DNA of 64,000 bases from Selaginella moellendorffii (lineage: Eukaryota; Plantae; Lycopodiophyta), in assembly GCF_000143415.4 (NCBI RefSeq), contig NW_003314287.1, forward strand, positions 1,385,514-1,449,513, given 5' to 3'. Below, in pieces: positions 46,972 to 60,000 of the stretch (the stretch's first letter is position 1; the number at the start of each line of letters is the position of its first letter). The notes under the pieces were generated by a model. The model was not told the origin of the DNA and did no database searches. It was given only the letters and a program-made list of their open reading frames with translations. The translations under genes were made by a program, and so were the position numbers.

Positions 46972-48639
46972 TTAGTAGCTTTCAAGCTCCGCCTGTATGG
47001 CCCGCTTCTCCTCTTCGTCGGTTTCAGAGTAATCGTACTCGTCCCAGCCCCTCTCTTCTTCCAGCTTCTTGTTGCACTCCTCGGCCTTCTTGAGAAACTC
47101 CTCGTAGTCCTCCTCGGACTCTCCCTCGGACATTTTCTCCTGCAGGTCCGAGAAGAGGTCCCCTACGGTGTGCGCGTTTCCATCCACCAGCGTCAGGAAG
47201 CCGTGGATGATGTTCACTTCTCGCTGTGCCAGCCGTGCCCTGTGAAAGATCCGTTTGAGGTGTTGTTGCAGACGGTGGCGCGTCGTGAACTCGGGCTTTG
47301 ACACCAACGACGCAGCAACGTTGCAGTTCTTCACCACTGATCTCCATCGCCTTAGTAGCAAATCTACCTCACGAAGAGGAGCAGTCCCTGTTTGATGTTT
47401 ACACCAGGAAAAAGAATCGCAACTAAGAAAGTTTGATGGGAAATAAGTACCTGGCGGTGGAAGAAACTCATTGTACTCGGGCCCCGGCTCCTTGTGTACA
47501 CGACGAAGCCTCTCGTATGAACTAAACATTTTTGAGAGAGCAAGCGCCACGGCGTGACTCACATCTGCGAAAAGAAAGAACAAACTTTTCTCTAGTTACA
47601 AAACGAAGTTTCTGTCTGATTCTTACTTAGCGACCCCTCCCATTTGGTAGTTGGGATGCGGCAAGTGTGAGTGCAATATAACAGCTCCTCGTTTGTCAAG
47701 CCGTCGTCCTCCCGTCCAAAGACTAGCTGCAGGGAAGAGCCATGTCAAAACACTGTATGAAAGTTCTAGTGTATACCGCAATGGCTTGACCCTTTGCTGG
47801 AATGCAGAGCTTAGGATACGGCACTTCGTTTACAACTCTGTCACGTCCGTCACGCCGGGTGAAGCCGATGGCCTACACGAAACCAAGTTCGTTCCTGGTG
47901 GGTCATTAGAAATGGAGAAGAAGAAAACAACACACTGGAGCACTCGACTCACCATAAGGCATTCGCCAACAGCCTCTGGGATAGTCTTGACAACGTTGAC
48001 ATCTTCCAGCAGGGACTTCGCGACAGGATTGACAGCCATTTGACGAGCTTCGTCCGAGAAGTAATCACACTCTGGACTCACCTGGCCAAAGAAAACGAAA
48101 ACCATGAAGAAAAATCTCAAGTCTAGCAGCAGCGAACACACGTACCAGCCATACTTGTCTACACTCTGTTAGAGACCAAAGTGAGAAGAGAACAGAAGAA
48201 AAAATAAAAAATTCTTTTTGCAAGCTCTCTCACCGAAATTCGAAGCAATGCGGCACACCGATCCCACATTCCCAGCTGACTGTGATCCAACGAGCACAAC
48301 CCTCACTCGATCGAGAGCTCCGAGCCCAGTGAGCCAATGCACGTCCTCCGTCTTGACTTGATCCTCCAATTCCTCCTGGGGATACGCCAAATGCCGCCAT
48401 CGCCCGTGCTCCTTCGTGTTCCTATAGAACGGCTTCCTGTTCTCGTCCTTGTACCACACCAGCCGCGGATCACGAAGGCTGTACTTCTCCTGGATTCCAA
48501 TGAGACCTGGTGCGCCCTTGGCGATGGATTCGCGCTTGAGCGCCTGGCGCGCGGCTCTGGCGCCCTGCGACCGCCGCTGCTTCAATCGCACGTAGGAGAC
48601 GAGGCGACGGGCGGATAGCGAGGCGGGCGAGATCGCCAT
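46972..48639 (-). CDS. SpoU/TrmH-family (TrmJ/LasT-like) tRNA/rRNA methyltransferase, organellar-type, multi-exon
   Basis: RVRVVLVGSQSAGNVGSVCRIASNF; VSHAVALALS; IFHRARLAQREVNIIHGFL. Confidence 0.85.
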
Positions 48640-48764
48640 CGCCAAAACCCTAAGCCCTGAACCCCCATTCTATCTTTCGAAAAATTACCATATCTCTCGC
48701 CCAGTGGATGAGCCCTAAAGCCGCCGTCTAGGGTTCTTCGCGAGAAAGGAGTTGTGGGGGCGCC

Positions 48765-49576
<812 letters not shown>

Positions 49577-49886
49577 GCGAGTCGCGAAAGAAAAATCACA
49601 CCAGGAACAGGCAAGAACACCGTCGGTCAGTGTAAACTATGAGCTTGGTTCTGTGCTCTACGTATTCTCTTTTCCAGGGAGTTTCATTCAATTCCAAAGC
49701 GAAATCTTTTTATTCCATGTCTCCAAAGTTTCTTCTTTTTGTCTCCTTGATCTCTCGCGAGAAGAAAGTTTCCAGCGATTGAAAGGAAGAAATAACTGAT
49801 TTTTCCTCTTCACTTGTAGTCCCCCTTGGCGCCCCTAGCACGAAAAAATGGAAGATCTGTCAGCTATGAAGTTTGGAGGATTTTTC

Positions 49887-50153
49887 TTACAAGAATTCAC
49901 GCCGCGGTCGTCCGGCTTTCACATCCTGCGCGTGCTGCTCAAAGGAGATCAATCATGCTCTCGAGATTTCTCTTGGGCGACTTACAAATTCACTGACGAT
50001 GAAACGATAGGCGAGAAAGGGGACGATCAGCCCCCAAATCACAGCCGTCTTGGTGGTCTGCTTGTTAAACCGGAAGTGCTCCGCCTGGTTCTCCCTCATG
50101 TAGAGCCACTCCTCGAGGTGCTTGTTGGGCTTGAACTCCATCCCGCCCACCAT
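49887..50153 (-). CDS. NDUFB4: Complex I subunit B15 (NDUFB4)-like, 2 exons
   Basis: MVGGMEFKPNKHLEEWLYMREN..HFRF...WGLIVPFLAY...EF|HAQDVKAGRPRREFL*. Confidence 0.85.
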
Positions 50154-50233
50154 CGCTCTAGCTCTAGATCTAAAACAAGTTTTAGGGTTCTTGAGAAAGA
50201 CGAAGAGAAAAGAATTTAGGGTTCTTGAGAACG

Positions 50234-50911
50234 CTATCCTCCCATTTGTAACTTAAGCTCGGGATCGTTGCTAAATCCCGCGACAGCGCCAGAGGCGGAT
50301 GCCCGGAACTTAAACACAATCGCGCCAGTTCCCTTCTTGCAATTCTTCGCTGGCGCTACGATCTTCTCAATCGGCCCAAACAATCCCAGAGCCTCGCGGA
50401 GCTTGGCCTCGTCGTATCCGGCGCTGCAATTCCAGCTCGCGCACACTGTTCTCTCGCAGGCCTCGCCGCTCACGCCGCTGGCGACCTTGATCCGGGCGAG
50501 CTCATCGAGAGAGATCGCGGCGGCCTTGGCCACGGACGAGGATGCCCCCGATGGTTTGCTAGTGGGCTTCTTGATGACGAGATTGAGGCCCGAGACCTGG
50601 GATTTCTTCTTCTTGCGCTTGGGCGGGGGTTGGATCTGCGGGCCTTTGAGGATGCTGGAATACAACTCACAGTCATAGCGCTCGCGCTTGCTGTCGTCAC
50701 AGAGTACCTTATAGGCGTCCTGGAGGGCCTGGAAATCCCTAGCCGCGGTCGCCTGATCGTCCAGGCGCTTGTCCGGGTGGCAGCGCAGCGATTGCGCCCG
50801 GTAGGCGCTGCGGATCTGTGCCGAGGATGCGTAGGCGCCGCCGTCCAAGCCTCCCTGGAGACCTAGAACCGTGTAGAGATCCTTGCGCTCTTGCTGCCCC
50901 CCTTTCTTCAT
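50234..50911 (-). CDS. DnaJ protein with degenerate C-terminal RRM (DNAJC17/Cwf23-like)
   Basis: DLYTVLGL...IRSAYR...HPDK...FQALQDAYKVL; C-terminal LREALGLFGPIEKI RRM-like region. Confidence 0.85.
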   Translation of the reverse strand: MKKGGQQERKDLYTVLGLQGGLDGGAYASSAQIRSAYRAQSLRCHPDKRLDDQATAARDFQALQDAYKVLCDDSKRERYDCELYSSILKGPQIQPPPKRKKKKSQVSGLNLVIKKPTSKPSGASSSVAKAAAISLDELARIKVASGVSGEACERTVCASWNCSAGYDEAKLREALGLFGPIEKIVAPAKNCKKGTGAIVFKFRASASGAVAGFSNDPELKLQMGG

Positions 50912-51028
50912 CTTTCCCGAGAGCCCAGCCCTAATTGTGTGATTCGTCGAGTATATTCTATATTTAATCCAACGGCTGGTAGATTTTATATGAAGAGAAA
51001 TGGAAAATCAAAGTAAAGAACGTTCGAA

Positions 51029-51100
51029 TGTGGCTGCTGGGATTCGAGCCCAGGTCTCCACGGCCACAACGTGGAATTCTCACCACTAAACTACAGCCAC
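51029..51100 (-). tRNA. trnH-GUG: tRNA-His (GUG)
   Basis: GTGGCTGTAGTTTAGTGGTGAGAATTCCACGTTGTGGCCGTGGAGACCTGGGCTCGAATCCCAGCAGCCACA folds as a cloverleaf with anticodon GTG. Confidence 0.95.
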
Positions 51101-51244
51101 ATGAACCTTGACCAGTGGTCAAAAGTCGTTGCCTCTTTTTGACCATTTGGTTGACCGTAATATTCTCATTAAATTAGCCCTTCAATTTACTTTAAACCTT
51201 TAAAAACATTTTTTATTTAATCTTTCACAAATTTATATTTCTAC

Positions 51245-51775
51245 CTATCTAATGAAGGAGGAACTGGCTTCGTCCGAGCATGGCGGTGGCTCCTGGAAGG
51301 ACTGGGCGGAGAGGCGGCTGTACGTGAGCCCAATCTCAAGGTAGACAAACCCAGTCTCTGGATCATCGACATGGAGCCCTTTCACGGCCAGCCACACGAG
51401 CAATTCCCTCGCCTGGACGCCCGAGAGATCCTCGATCCTGCTGGACCTCACCTTTCCCTTGATCTCCTCGCCATACCACAGCAGCTCCTCCTCGAGCTTC
51501 GCATAGCACGACCGGCTCAGCCGCATCTCGAACGATCCATCCTCCTCGTCCAGCGAGAAATCGGTCACCAGCGGCAGAGGGAACATCCCCTGGGGGAGAT
51601 TGTAGCTGTCGAGCATCTTCGAGACGCGGCGGGGGGCATCGCGATCGCCCTTTGATCGATCCGAACCGTGCTTACCATGACGAGCATCCTCGTGATCGTC
51701 CTGGCGGTAGCCACTGGCGGCAGCCAATCCAAAGAAGGCCGAGAACAAGAGGGCGATGGCAACCTTCCTAGACAT
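51245..51775 (-). CDS. DUF538 secreted protein, intact, intronless
   Basis: Signal peptide; LDSYNLPQGMFP, SCYAK, LSGVQARELLVWLAV, FQEPPPC. Confidence 0.9.
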   Translation of the reverse strand: MSRKVAIALLFSAFFGLAAASGYRQDDHEDARHGKHGSDRSKGDRDAPRRVSKMLDSYNLPQGMFPLPLVTDFSLDEEDGSFEMRLSRSCYAKLEEELLWYGEEIKGKVRSSRIEDLSGVQARELLVWLAVKGLHVDDPETGFVYLEIGLTYSRLSAQSFQEPPPCSDEASSSFIR

Positions 51776-52074
51776 TCTTGGATACAAATCGAGAAGAGAG
51801 AACGATCAAGAGAGACTGTGAGACGCTCACTTCTCGTCCCATCTTATATAGTTGCTCTGGGAGCGCCAGGTTGCATGCATGCCTCTCCTCTAACAGAAGA
51901 CTGGGATATACCCTTCGGAGACTCTGCTAGATTCGCGAAGATTTTTAACTAACGTCTTTTGGTTTGTCTCAAAATTCTATAGGAAATACAGAAACAAATA
52001 GGTGAGGCTTGATGCTTACAGCCAAACACCATTTGGAATTGGAAAAAAAAAATGTAATAGAAAAGCGCGATCCC

Positions 52075-52640
52075 TTCACTGGCAAGAGCTGGAGCTGTAG
52101 CGATGCTCGCTTACCCGCGATTTGCCCCGCATTATCAGCCACGTCATCACCCCCTACGAGGATAACACCATGCTGCTTCGGCGCGCTTGTATAATTCCGC
52201 CACCTCTTAAATATTGAAGAGAAATGCGTGAGCTTGGGAATGTAGTCCCCATCCCTGGTTGGGAATCCACGACTTGGATATTCTTAAGAAAAGTAGGAAC
52301 CAAATAAAAACGCGACGTGTTTTTTCTATTTTGCCTTGTTCTTCACCGTTTTGTTCCATCCCCCCCATTTCATCATGCAGTGCCAAAGGTTGTAGCTGCC
52401 AAGCCCCCAATGGTCGGCTCCTCCTCGTCATTCTGATATCGCCAGACCATGGCCATCTTTTCCTCCCTATTATTTCTCGTTAAGCAAAGCCAATCACGCT
52501 CAATCTGCAACCTTGAGAAGCAAGCAGCTCATAAAAAAAAACGATTTAACAATTTGATGAGAATTTTCACCAAAAAGAACAACAAAGATTAAATTACTCT
52601 GGAATGCAACTCACCAAGCACAAGTGAACAAGGTGCAAAA
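52075..52640. repeat. Dispersed repeat unit, also at ~61240-61725 and ~62050-62705 (partly inverted)
   Basis: GCAAGAGCTGGAG..GATTTGCCCC.CATTATCAGCCAC..CCCCTACGAGGAT at 52082 and 61250; AAATATTGAAGAGAAATGCG at 52209 and 62170; CAATCTGC..AGCAAGCAGCTC in all three. Confidence 0.85.
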
Positions 52641-52690
52641 TTTGCAACATCCTTTAGTGAAAGGTAAACACGGAAAAAAGGCTCCATAAG
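52611..52690 (-). pseudogene. 5'-truncated knottin copy (..YGAFFPCLPFTKGCCKFCTLFTCAW*)
   Basis: Reverse complement aligns with 36226-36306. The first Cys and signal exon are missing where the AT-rich island begins. Confidence 0.8.
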
Positions 52691-54099
52691 CTTTTAATTA
52701 ACATCAAGCTAGATAGGTATAATTTCTTTCTTTCTTGCTTCAATTGTAATCTGTTATAAACCTTGCCTCAAAGGACCTGTTATAAGCTTTGGCTTAAAAG
52801 GAAGTGGTTCTTGATGCTCCTTGTTTTTCATTAGCAATTAGCATATCATCTTTTACTTCCCTTAATCTGTCGTACAATTCATGGGGATTCCATACTGACA
52901 TCACTTTGGCCAAGATTATGTTAAGGCTCTATTCCTGAAAGTAAAATTGACATTTTTAGTTTTTTATCTGGAAATCTAAATGGTGTGTTGACTGAATGAT
53001 GCATTTTCTTTAAACAAATATCTATCACATCAGCAAAGCTTATATGAAATATTTTAACTTGTTTTATATATGTATGTATTTACTATTTTAGATTTTGTAC
53101 CACTCAATATTGCCATAGCAAATTAAGTGGTGTGTTGACTGAATAATGTATTTTCCTTTAAAAAGTATATACTTGGTTTAGATATGTATGTATGTGCTAT
53201 TTTTAGATTTTGTACTGCTCACTATTGCAAAGCTAAGTAATATGTTGACAGAATTATGTATTTTCTGAAAACAATATGTGACATTAGCAAAACTTCTGTA
53301 TATCGCTGAAATTCTTCCTCATTACTAGCATTCTCAATATTTGGTTCAATTTATCCTTTAGGATGAAATTATTTAACCTTTTTTACATTCCTAAGTTAAG
53401 GAGTATATTTGGTCAATTGTTATGCATTGTTTTACCATCTAGATCTTTACATTCTTGAGGGGCCTCAATGCATACTCTTTTCGCTCCCAAACACTTTGGT
53501 TTGACCAATATTCTTCACCTTCTTTCTCAACATTTAGTGAGGGAGTGTACCAAGACTAGTCATTAAACTTTGTAGCAAGCATGTAAAGTGTTTTAGGGTA
53601 TAAAGTCTTCAGCTTGTTATAAGAAATTAAATTTGAACTAAATTTTGTTTACAAGGATGTTTAGTCCATGTTTTTGTGAATGGAAGTTAAGTGCTGTAAC
53701 TCTCTTAGGAACTCTATTCTCTTGACACCCTACCTTTTTTGAGCTCAACTAAACCACTAAATGTCAATATAAATATATAGTGTGATTCTTTTATCTAACA
53801 AATAGAGTCGGACATAATACATTTCTAATATGAATTATGAACGGTTAAATTTAAACTTTTTAACCAAGTATTAATTAAACCAAAGACACTTAACCATAAT
53901 AACCCATTGGAAAAAGAAAGTGCACTTTATTCATGGATTCTCCTTCCATATTTGAACCGCTATAGATTATATCTCAAATTGTTCTCTTCAATTCCCTACA
54001 TTTATAAGCACAAAATAGTGATATAGAAATGTCATTGAATTTTTAACATTGAATTAAAGGAATATATAAAGAAATAAATAATTTTAGTACATATAAGAT

Positions 54100-55380
54100 A
54101 AAATATAACACTATCTATCTTACAAATTTCAATTTATTTTAAATTTAAATTATATTTCTCATAATTCACTCCTAAAGGCCATTAAAATCTGTATTTAAAC
54201 AATAAATATTATTGATTTTTTTTAAATTCATATAAAATATATTTAGTAATACATTTTTCTCATAAAGTTATAGCAATTAGATATGGCATACATTTATCTG
54301 TATTTAAACAATAAATATTATTGATTTTTTTTAAATTCATATAAAATATATAAAGTAATACATTTTTCTCATAAAGTTATAGCAATTAGATATGGCATAC
54401 ATCCTTAGTGTCGTAACACAATATTTATATTTTAATTCTCTTTTATCAAATTTGAAATTTGATCCTCTTTATATGTGCACTATATTTTCATACAAATGGT
54501 AAGACTTACATAATATAATATATGTACAACAATATAAAAGTCATAATAAAATTATATAATAATTTATGTTTATAATATTTTGCATTTTTCTAGAGGATTT
54601 CCTAATAAAATTTATTTTAGTTTAGAATACCCAAAAGATTTAACTGACAAAGGCATTTTACTTTTTAATACTATATAAACCCAAATGCTTAACTCCAAAA
54701 CCCTTAAGCACTTATCCTCAAAATTTAATTCAGCAAACCAAAAAGTATTATGTCCATAAGATATAGACCACATAAGTTCATACTTTTTTATAATTTCGAG
54801 ATCTAATTAAATTTTTTGATGTTGTTCTAAACATAATATGCGGACATCAAGTTATTACAATTTATTATATGTGTACCTTGAATAAGTACATATGATATGG
54901 CCAACATTGTAAAGGATAATTAATACTAATATTAGAAATATTATTATGGGCCATCTCTTGAGATATCTGAATTTAAGAGTTGATCTAACATAATTTTAAG
55001 ATAAATACAAGAATTGATAAGTGTTCATTACCAAGTATTATATAAGAATATTAATTAAATGTAATTTTTAAAATTTCACGAAAATTCATTCTGACATATA
55101 ATTATTAAAAAGTAGTATAAAAGTTACTTCTCTTCTAGCAAAACTTTGATGATTTTATTTCAATTACAAATTTATGAACATGATTCATAATAATACTAAA
55201 GGAAAATCAGATTATAATTAAACATATCAATGGTTGTTGTATGCAAGATACAGTAAATTATTTTCATTTTCAATTTTAGATATGATGGTCATTTACTTAT
55301 AGTAGATGATAAAAACAAATACTATTGAAACAATAGTATTTTTAATCAAAATAGTTTAATTTATTGGATTAAGAATTTTT
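54100..55380 (+). pseudogene. Decayed paralog of the 56081 lectin-domain ORF
   Basis: TATATTTTCATACAAATGGTAAGACTTACA (54481) vs TATATTTTCTTACAAATGCTAAGGGTTACA (56405); GATGGTCATTTACTTATAGTAGAT at both 55284 and 56846. Contains a ~109-bp tandem duplication at 54188-54402. Confidence 0.8.
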
Positions 55381-56080
55381 TTTAATATTTAGTTCTAAAT
55401 ATCTCTTTTTATTCCATATTTTGGATGTCTCCATATTCTAGTTGTATTCCATATTGATTTGTTCTTATTTTCCTAGTTATATCTTACCTATAATTTTTTT
55501 TTATAATATTTTATATTAAATTTTAAATTTCTTTCAGAAACGTATAGTTAGAATATATATTTATCATGCTTTAATACAATTAGTGGTTAAATATTATTTA
55601 TTCATTGCCTAAATCTTATGCTGATTGATATAATAAAAATAATATTTTTGAGGATCTAACATGAAATGTCTTACTCTCATAGTGTCACTAGGAATATTAA
55701 ATTGATTATCCTTTTATTATAGTTGTTTGGAGTCCTTGCTTAGCACCAATATGGAGTAGGTTTCTCTTTCTTACATATTACTAAAGCTATATAGCATTAA
55801 TTATATCTATGAAATTCTTAAAAGTGAAAAAATAAAGATTTTTTAATTTAAAATATCAAATACTAAAGTATATAAAATACAAAGAAAAATTGATTTTAGA
55901 CAATATCATAGATGATAAAAAAAAGTACTAAATTTAAATTCAAAAGCATAAAATTCGATAACTTTATAGAAAAGGTGATGTTTAAACAGAAGTTTCAAAG
56001 TTGATAAAAGCTATATAATAAAAGTTTTTATAAATCTATAAAATAAATTCCCTTATAAATTCAACTAGCTACCTAATAAA

Positions 56081-57013
56081 ATGCTTTATAAATTTCTATG
56101 GTTAATGTTAATTAGTTTCAATTGTTATGCTCAACCTCCTGAAACAAGATGGTATGGGGATATTGGTCATTTTAGTAACAGAGATATACTTAGGATTTTA
56201 AATTCTATAGAACAATTAATTCAATCAATTAATAGTACAGATCAGATAATAGTTCATAATCATGGACTTGTAATATATCAAGTAATTCATGTTGCTTATC
56301 AAAATGTAGTACTAAGACTTTCTATACATCCTGCTGGTATAAGAAATTATATTAATTGCAATCCACTTCCATCTAATTTTCCATTTAATCCTTTATATGT
56401 TCGATATATTTTCTTACAAATGCTAAGGGTTACAGAATATTATGCTTGTACAACTGCACCAAGAATGATAATAACAGTATATAGATATTTTGCTCTAGAA
56501 TATTTTGGTTTAGGAGTTCCTGCAAGAAGTCCTAATGAGATTTATCCAACAATAGACTATCCTAAAGATTTACCTGATGAAAGCAGTTCACTAACTAATA
56601 TTTATACTATAATTGATAAAGATATATCACAATGTTGGCCATATCGTACACAATTGATAAATGGACCTTTAAAATTTCTTGGTACACATATAATAAATGG
56701 TAATAGTTTGATATCTGCAAATAACAAGTTTAGAGCAATTTTAAAAAATTGTAATTTAAAAGTGAAAAATATAGAAAACTATAAAACTATATGGTCTACA
56801 ATGTCCTATCGTGATAATACTTTTTGTTATCTCCACCTTCAAGTTGATGGTCATTTACTTATAGTAGATTATAAAAATAATATTATATGGAAAAATAACA
56901 TATTTTATAAAAATTATATTATTTATGCAGTTTTAAAAATTGAAGATATAGGATATTTAACAGTAACTTCTCAATTTAATGGATCTAAAAAACTAATATG
57001 GATAAATAAATAA
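56081..57013 (+). CDS. Secreted 310-aa protein: unknown N-terminal domain + C-terminal bulb-type (GNA/B) lectin domain, intronless, AT-rich
   Basis: Signal peptide MLYKFLWLMLISFNCYA; B-lectin pattern GNSLISANNKF..NCNL..TIWST..LHLQVDGHLLIVD..IIW..LKIEDIGYL..IW; TATA-like TTATAAAT at ~56053. Confidence 0.75.
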   Translation: MLYKFLWLMLISFNCYAQPPETRWYGDIGHFSNRDILRILNSIEQLIQSINSTDQIIVHNHGLVIYQVIHVAYQNVVLRLSIHPAGIRNYINCNPLPSNFPFNPLYVRYIFLQMLRVTEYYACTTAPRMIITVYRYFALEYFGLGVPARSPNEIYPTIDYPKDLPDESSSLTNIYTIIDKDISQCWPYRTQLINGPLKFLGTHIINGNSLISANNKFRAILKNCNLKVKNIENYKTIWSTMSYRDNTFCYLHLQVDGHLLIVDYKNNIIWKNNIFYKNYIIYAVLKIEDIGYLTVTSQFNGSKKLIWINK

Positions 57014-60000
57014 AATAGAATCTATTTTCTATTTCTAAACTTTAAAACTAAATAAGCCCATTTTTGGTCATGTCTTACTTTTTGCTTTAATCACCTTTGA
57101 ATTTTATATCAAATTAGGTGATGTGATATAATTAATAACTAATCAATTCTAATTAGGGGAATATTCATTTTTATTAAATAATATCTACCAAAGAAATACT
57201 AAGAATGAATTGAGCTACTAAAGCTAATAAAAATTAAGTCTTTGATGATGTTTTATTGTGATAAAAAAGTGTACTTTACCCATATCTATAAGAGATACAT
57301 GTATATTTAAAATATAAGAAAACATGCTGGCTGCTTTTGAGATTTTCATCAGCTGTGATAGAGCACATCTAGATAATGTAAAGAAAAATAACTTAAAAAA
57401 CCATAAGAATCACAAAAAAAAATTTAAAAATTAATCCGATGAGTCATTACATCTCAAGCTATTAAAGACAATGTGAAAGAATAAATAAAGAGAAAAAACT
57501 TATCTTGATTTCTCATAATGGAATCACCATGCCTCCAATCTACTTTATGGATTTCATATCCTACCTAAAGAGTGCTCTGTGAAATCTAGTAGCTTCATCC
57601 TAAAACTTAAATTGCAGTTATCTTAATCAAATACTATCAGACAAGAATAAAACAATATTTGTGTTGATAGAAAATGAAAACTGTAATCAGAAGCAAATCT
57701 AACTATGAATGTGAAGTTTTATCGGAGTTTATAATATATATCCTAGTTTGTAGAAATATGAATTTCTTTGAGATTTTAAAAGTTAAATGTAAATATAATG
57801 TAGCATACTATAGTCAACAAAAAGATAGTCCATGGAGAACTTCATAGTTATAGCTTTTGCTTATAATAAATATAATGTTTCAAATTGCCACTTGTTATAG
57901 ACCAATTAAATTGATATAACATTTGATGTTTATGATCATAAAAATTTCACACATAAAGCTCTTTTAAATAGAAATTTCTCCATTTTGAAAAGGATTTGAT
58001 ATCTAAAATTCTACTTCAAGAGGTCTCTAAAGCAATGTATATATATCAGGGTATATCCATTTGAAAATCCTCAATAGAGCACTTAATATGATTTTCTATT
58101 CTATATACATAGCTATTCTTAAAAGAGAAATAAATAACCTGAGAGTCCACTTGTTAGAAAGATAGTTTCAACTTGAGCTTTGAGATATTTCACAACTACC
58201 TCTTCACTAGAACATCTAGATCATAAACTATTGCAAAAGTAGGAAGTTAAGCAAACAAAAGGAATTGTGCTTGTTAAGCTTATGAGCAAGACAATTCCAT
58301 GTTTATAGTCCCTTTTTGTCCATACTCCCTCAATATGCAGCCAAAATTTAGGAATGTAATGATGGTGAAATTACTTGTTTAGATATTGAAATCTTGTATG
58401 ACTTTTATCAAAATATGGTTCAGAAGTTATTCTAAATTAAGTTAATTTAAAGTTTAGACAAATGAACATTCTTAAGATCAATATCAAAGAGAAAAGAAAG
58501 ATTCATATAGAGGAAGAGAATAGCTAAAAGAATGTTTAGATGGTTCAAAAACCTTATTGCTAACAAAGTTACCATATCTATTGCAAAAAAGATACCTTAT
58601 AGCAATCATCACCTTTTAACACTAGCCATGGAGAAGAAAATGGTAGCTTCTCCCAAATTAGCTACCATAAAGGCTTCTTCTTTCCTTGTGAGTGCACTAA
58701 AGCAACTATCACTTGTAAGCTCCCTACCCTGAAGGGGATAATTTAAAATTGAGATGCCCAGCATAAGTCAATGCAAGTCAACATAGTCAATTATAAGTCT
58801 TTAAAAGGAAATTTAAGTTGAAAAAATGAAGCTTTTAAAAATAATTAGTATACATTGAGTCACATAGAAGTTCATGAAAATGTGTCATTTTTAAAATTAT
58901 ATTATTTTACAATTCATTAAAAGAGCTTAAATATGAATCAACAAAAACAAGCTGAAATATTTTAACAACTAGTGTATGTTAGTTAAATAAATATATATTT
59001 ATATATTATTCCTTTATTTGAAAGAGTTCTCTAGAGTTCTTGAGAAGATGGAATTCTTTCAAATGAAGAGATAGTAAGAAAAAAAGAAAAAAAAAACAAT
59101 AGTACAAAGAAATGTGAAAATATAAATTTTATTTCATTACTACAATCTATTTTTTGTATCTTTTTTATAAATACACAAAAATCTAGAATTCTAAAAGCTC
59201 TTTTCTTTAAAAGTAGGCTAAAATTATAAAATCCCATATCAAATATTAACAATTAAAAAATTATGTATTATCAGTGTTATAATAATTTTCTGTGCATTGC
59301 ATATAGTAACACTTGGTTTGCTTACTAATATGTTATTCCTATTTATTATTCCAACTAATCAAAAAACATGTTTGTTATTTATAAACACAAGATTAATCTT
59401 ATTAAATATCAACCATTAGATGGTAAAATAAACTAGAATATACTAGGAAGTACTTAGGAAAGTTTATAAAATAAAAACATATTTATAAATTATAAATACA
59501 AGATTAATCTCAATGAATAACAACTGTTGGATAGTAGAATATCCAAGCATATTCTCCACTTCCTCAAACCAATAAATAAACTATATTCTTAAAACTAAAA
59601 TTTAATATATAAATTGCTAAGAAAAGTTATAGTTGTTAGTTGTTATAATATTTTTGTTGCCCTTAAGCTCCTTGAAAATTTGAAAAGTTTAGTAGAAGAA
59701 CGGCTTAAAAATAAATCACTACTATTTATATTTACACCCCACCCCCACCCCCTAACATCTTATATCAATCTCTATCTCCGTCTCTAAATTTTATCAAATA
59801 TTTTACCTTCACCTCAATATAACAATCCTGTCTTTACTAGGGACATTAGTGAAGTCGAATTAAAACTCTCCATATATGAATTTTTTTACATTGTTATTAG
59901 AGTAAGTGGAGTCCCACATGTTTTTCCAAGATCTTACTCTTGATATAATGGGATTATTTGAAAGTACATAATGCTATTATATTCAATGTTTAATATGGTT

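Noticed and set aside
55317-55341. 11-bp hairpin AAATACTATTG-AAA-CAATAGTATTT as a viral or Helitron terminator
   Set aside because: Lies within the decayed lectin-coding region of very AT-rich DNA; plausible by chance.
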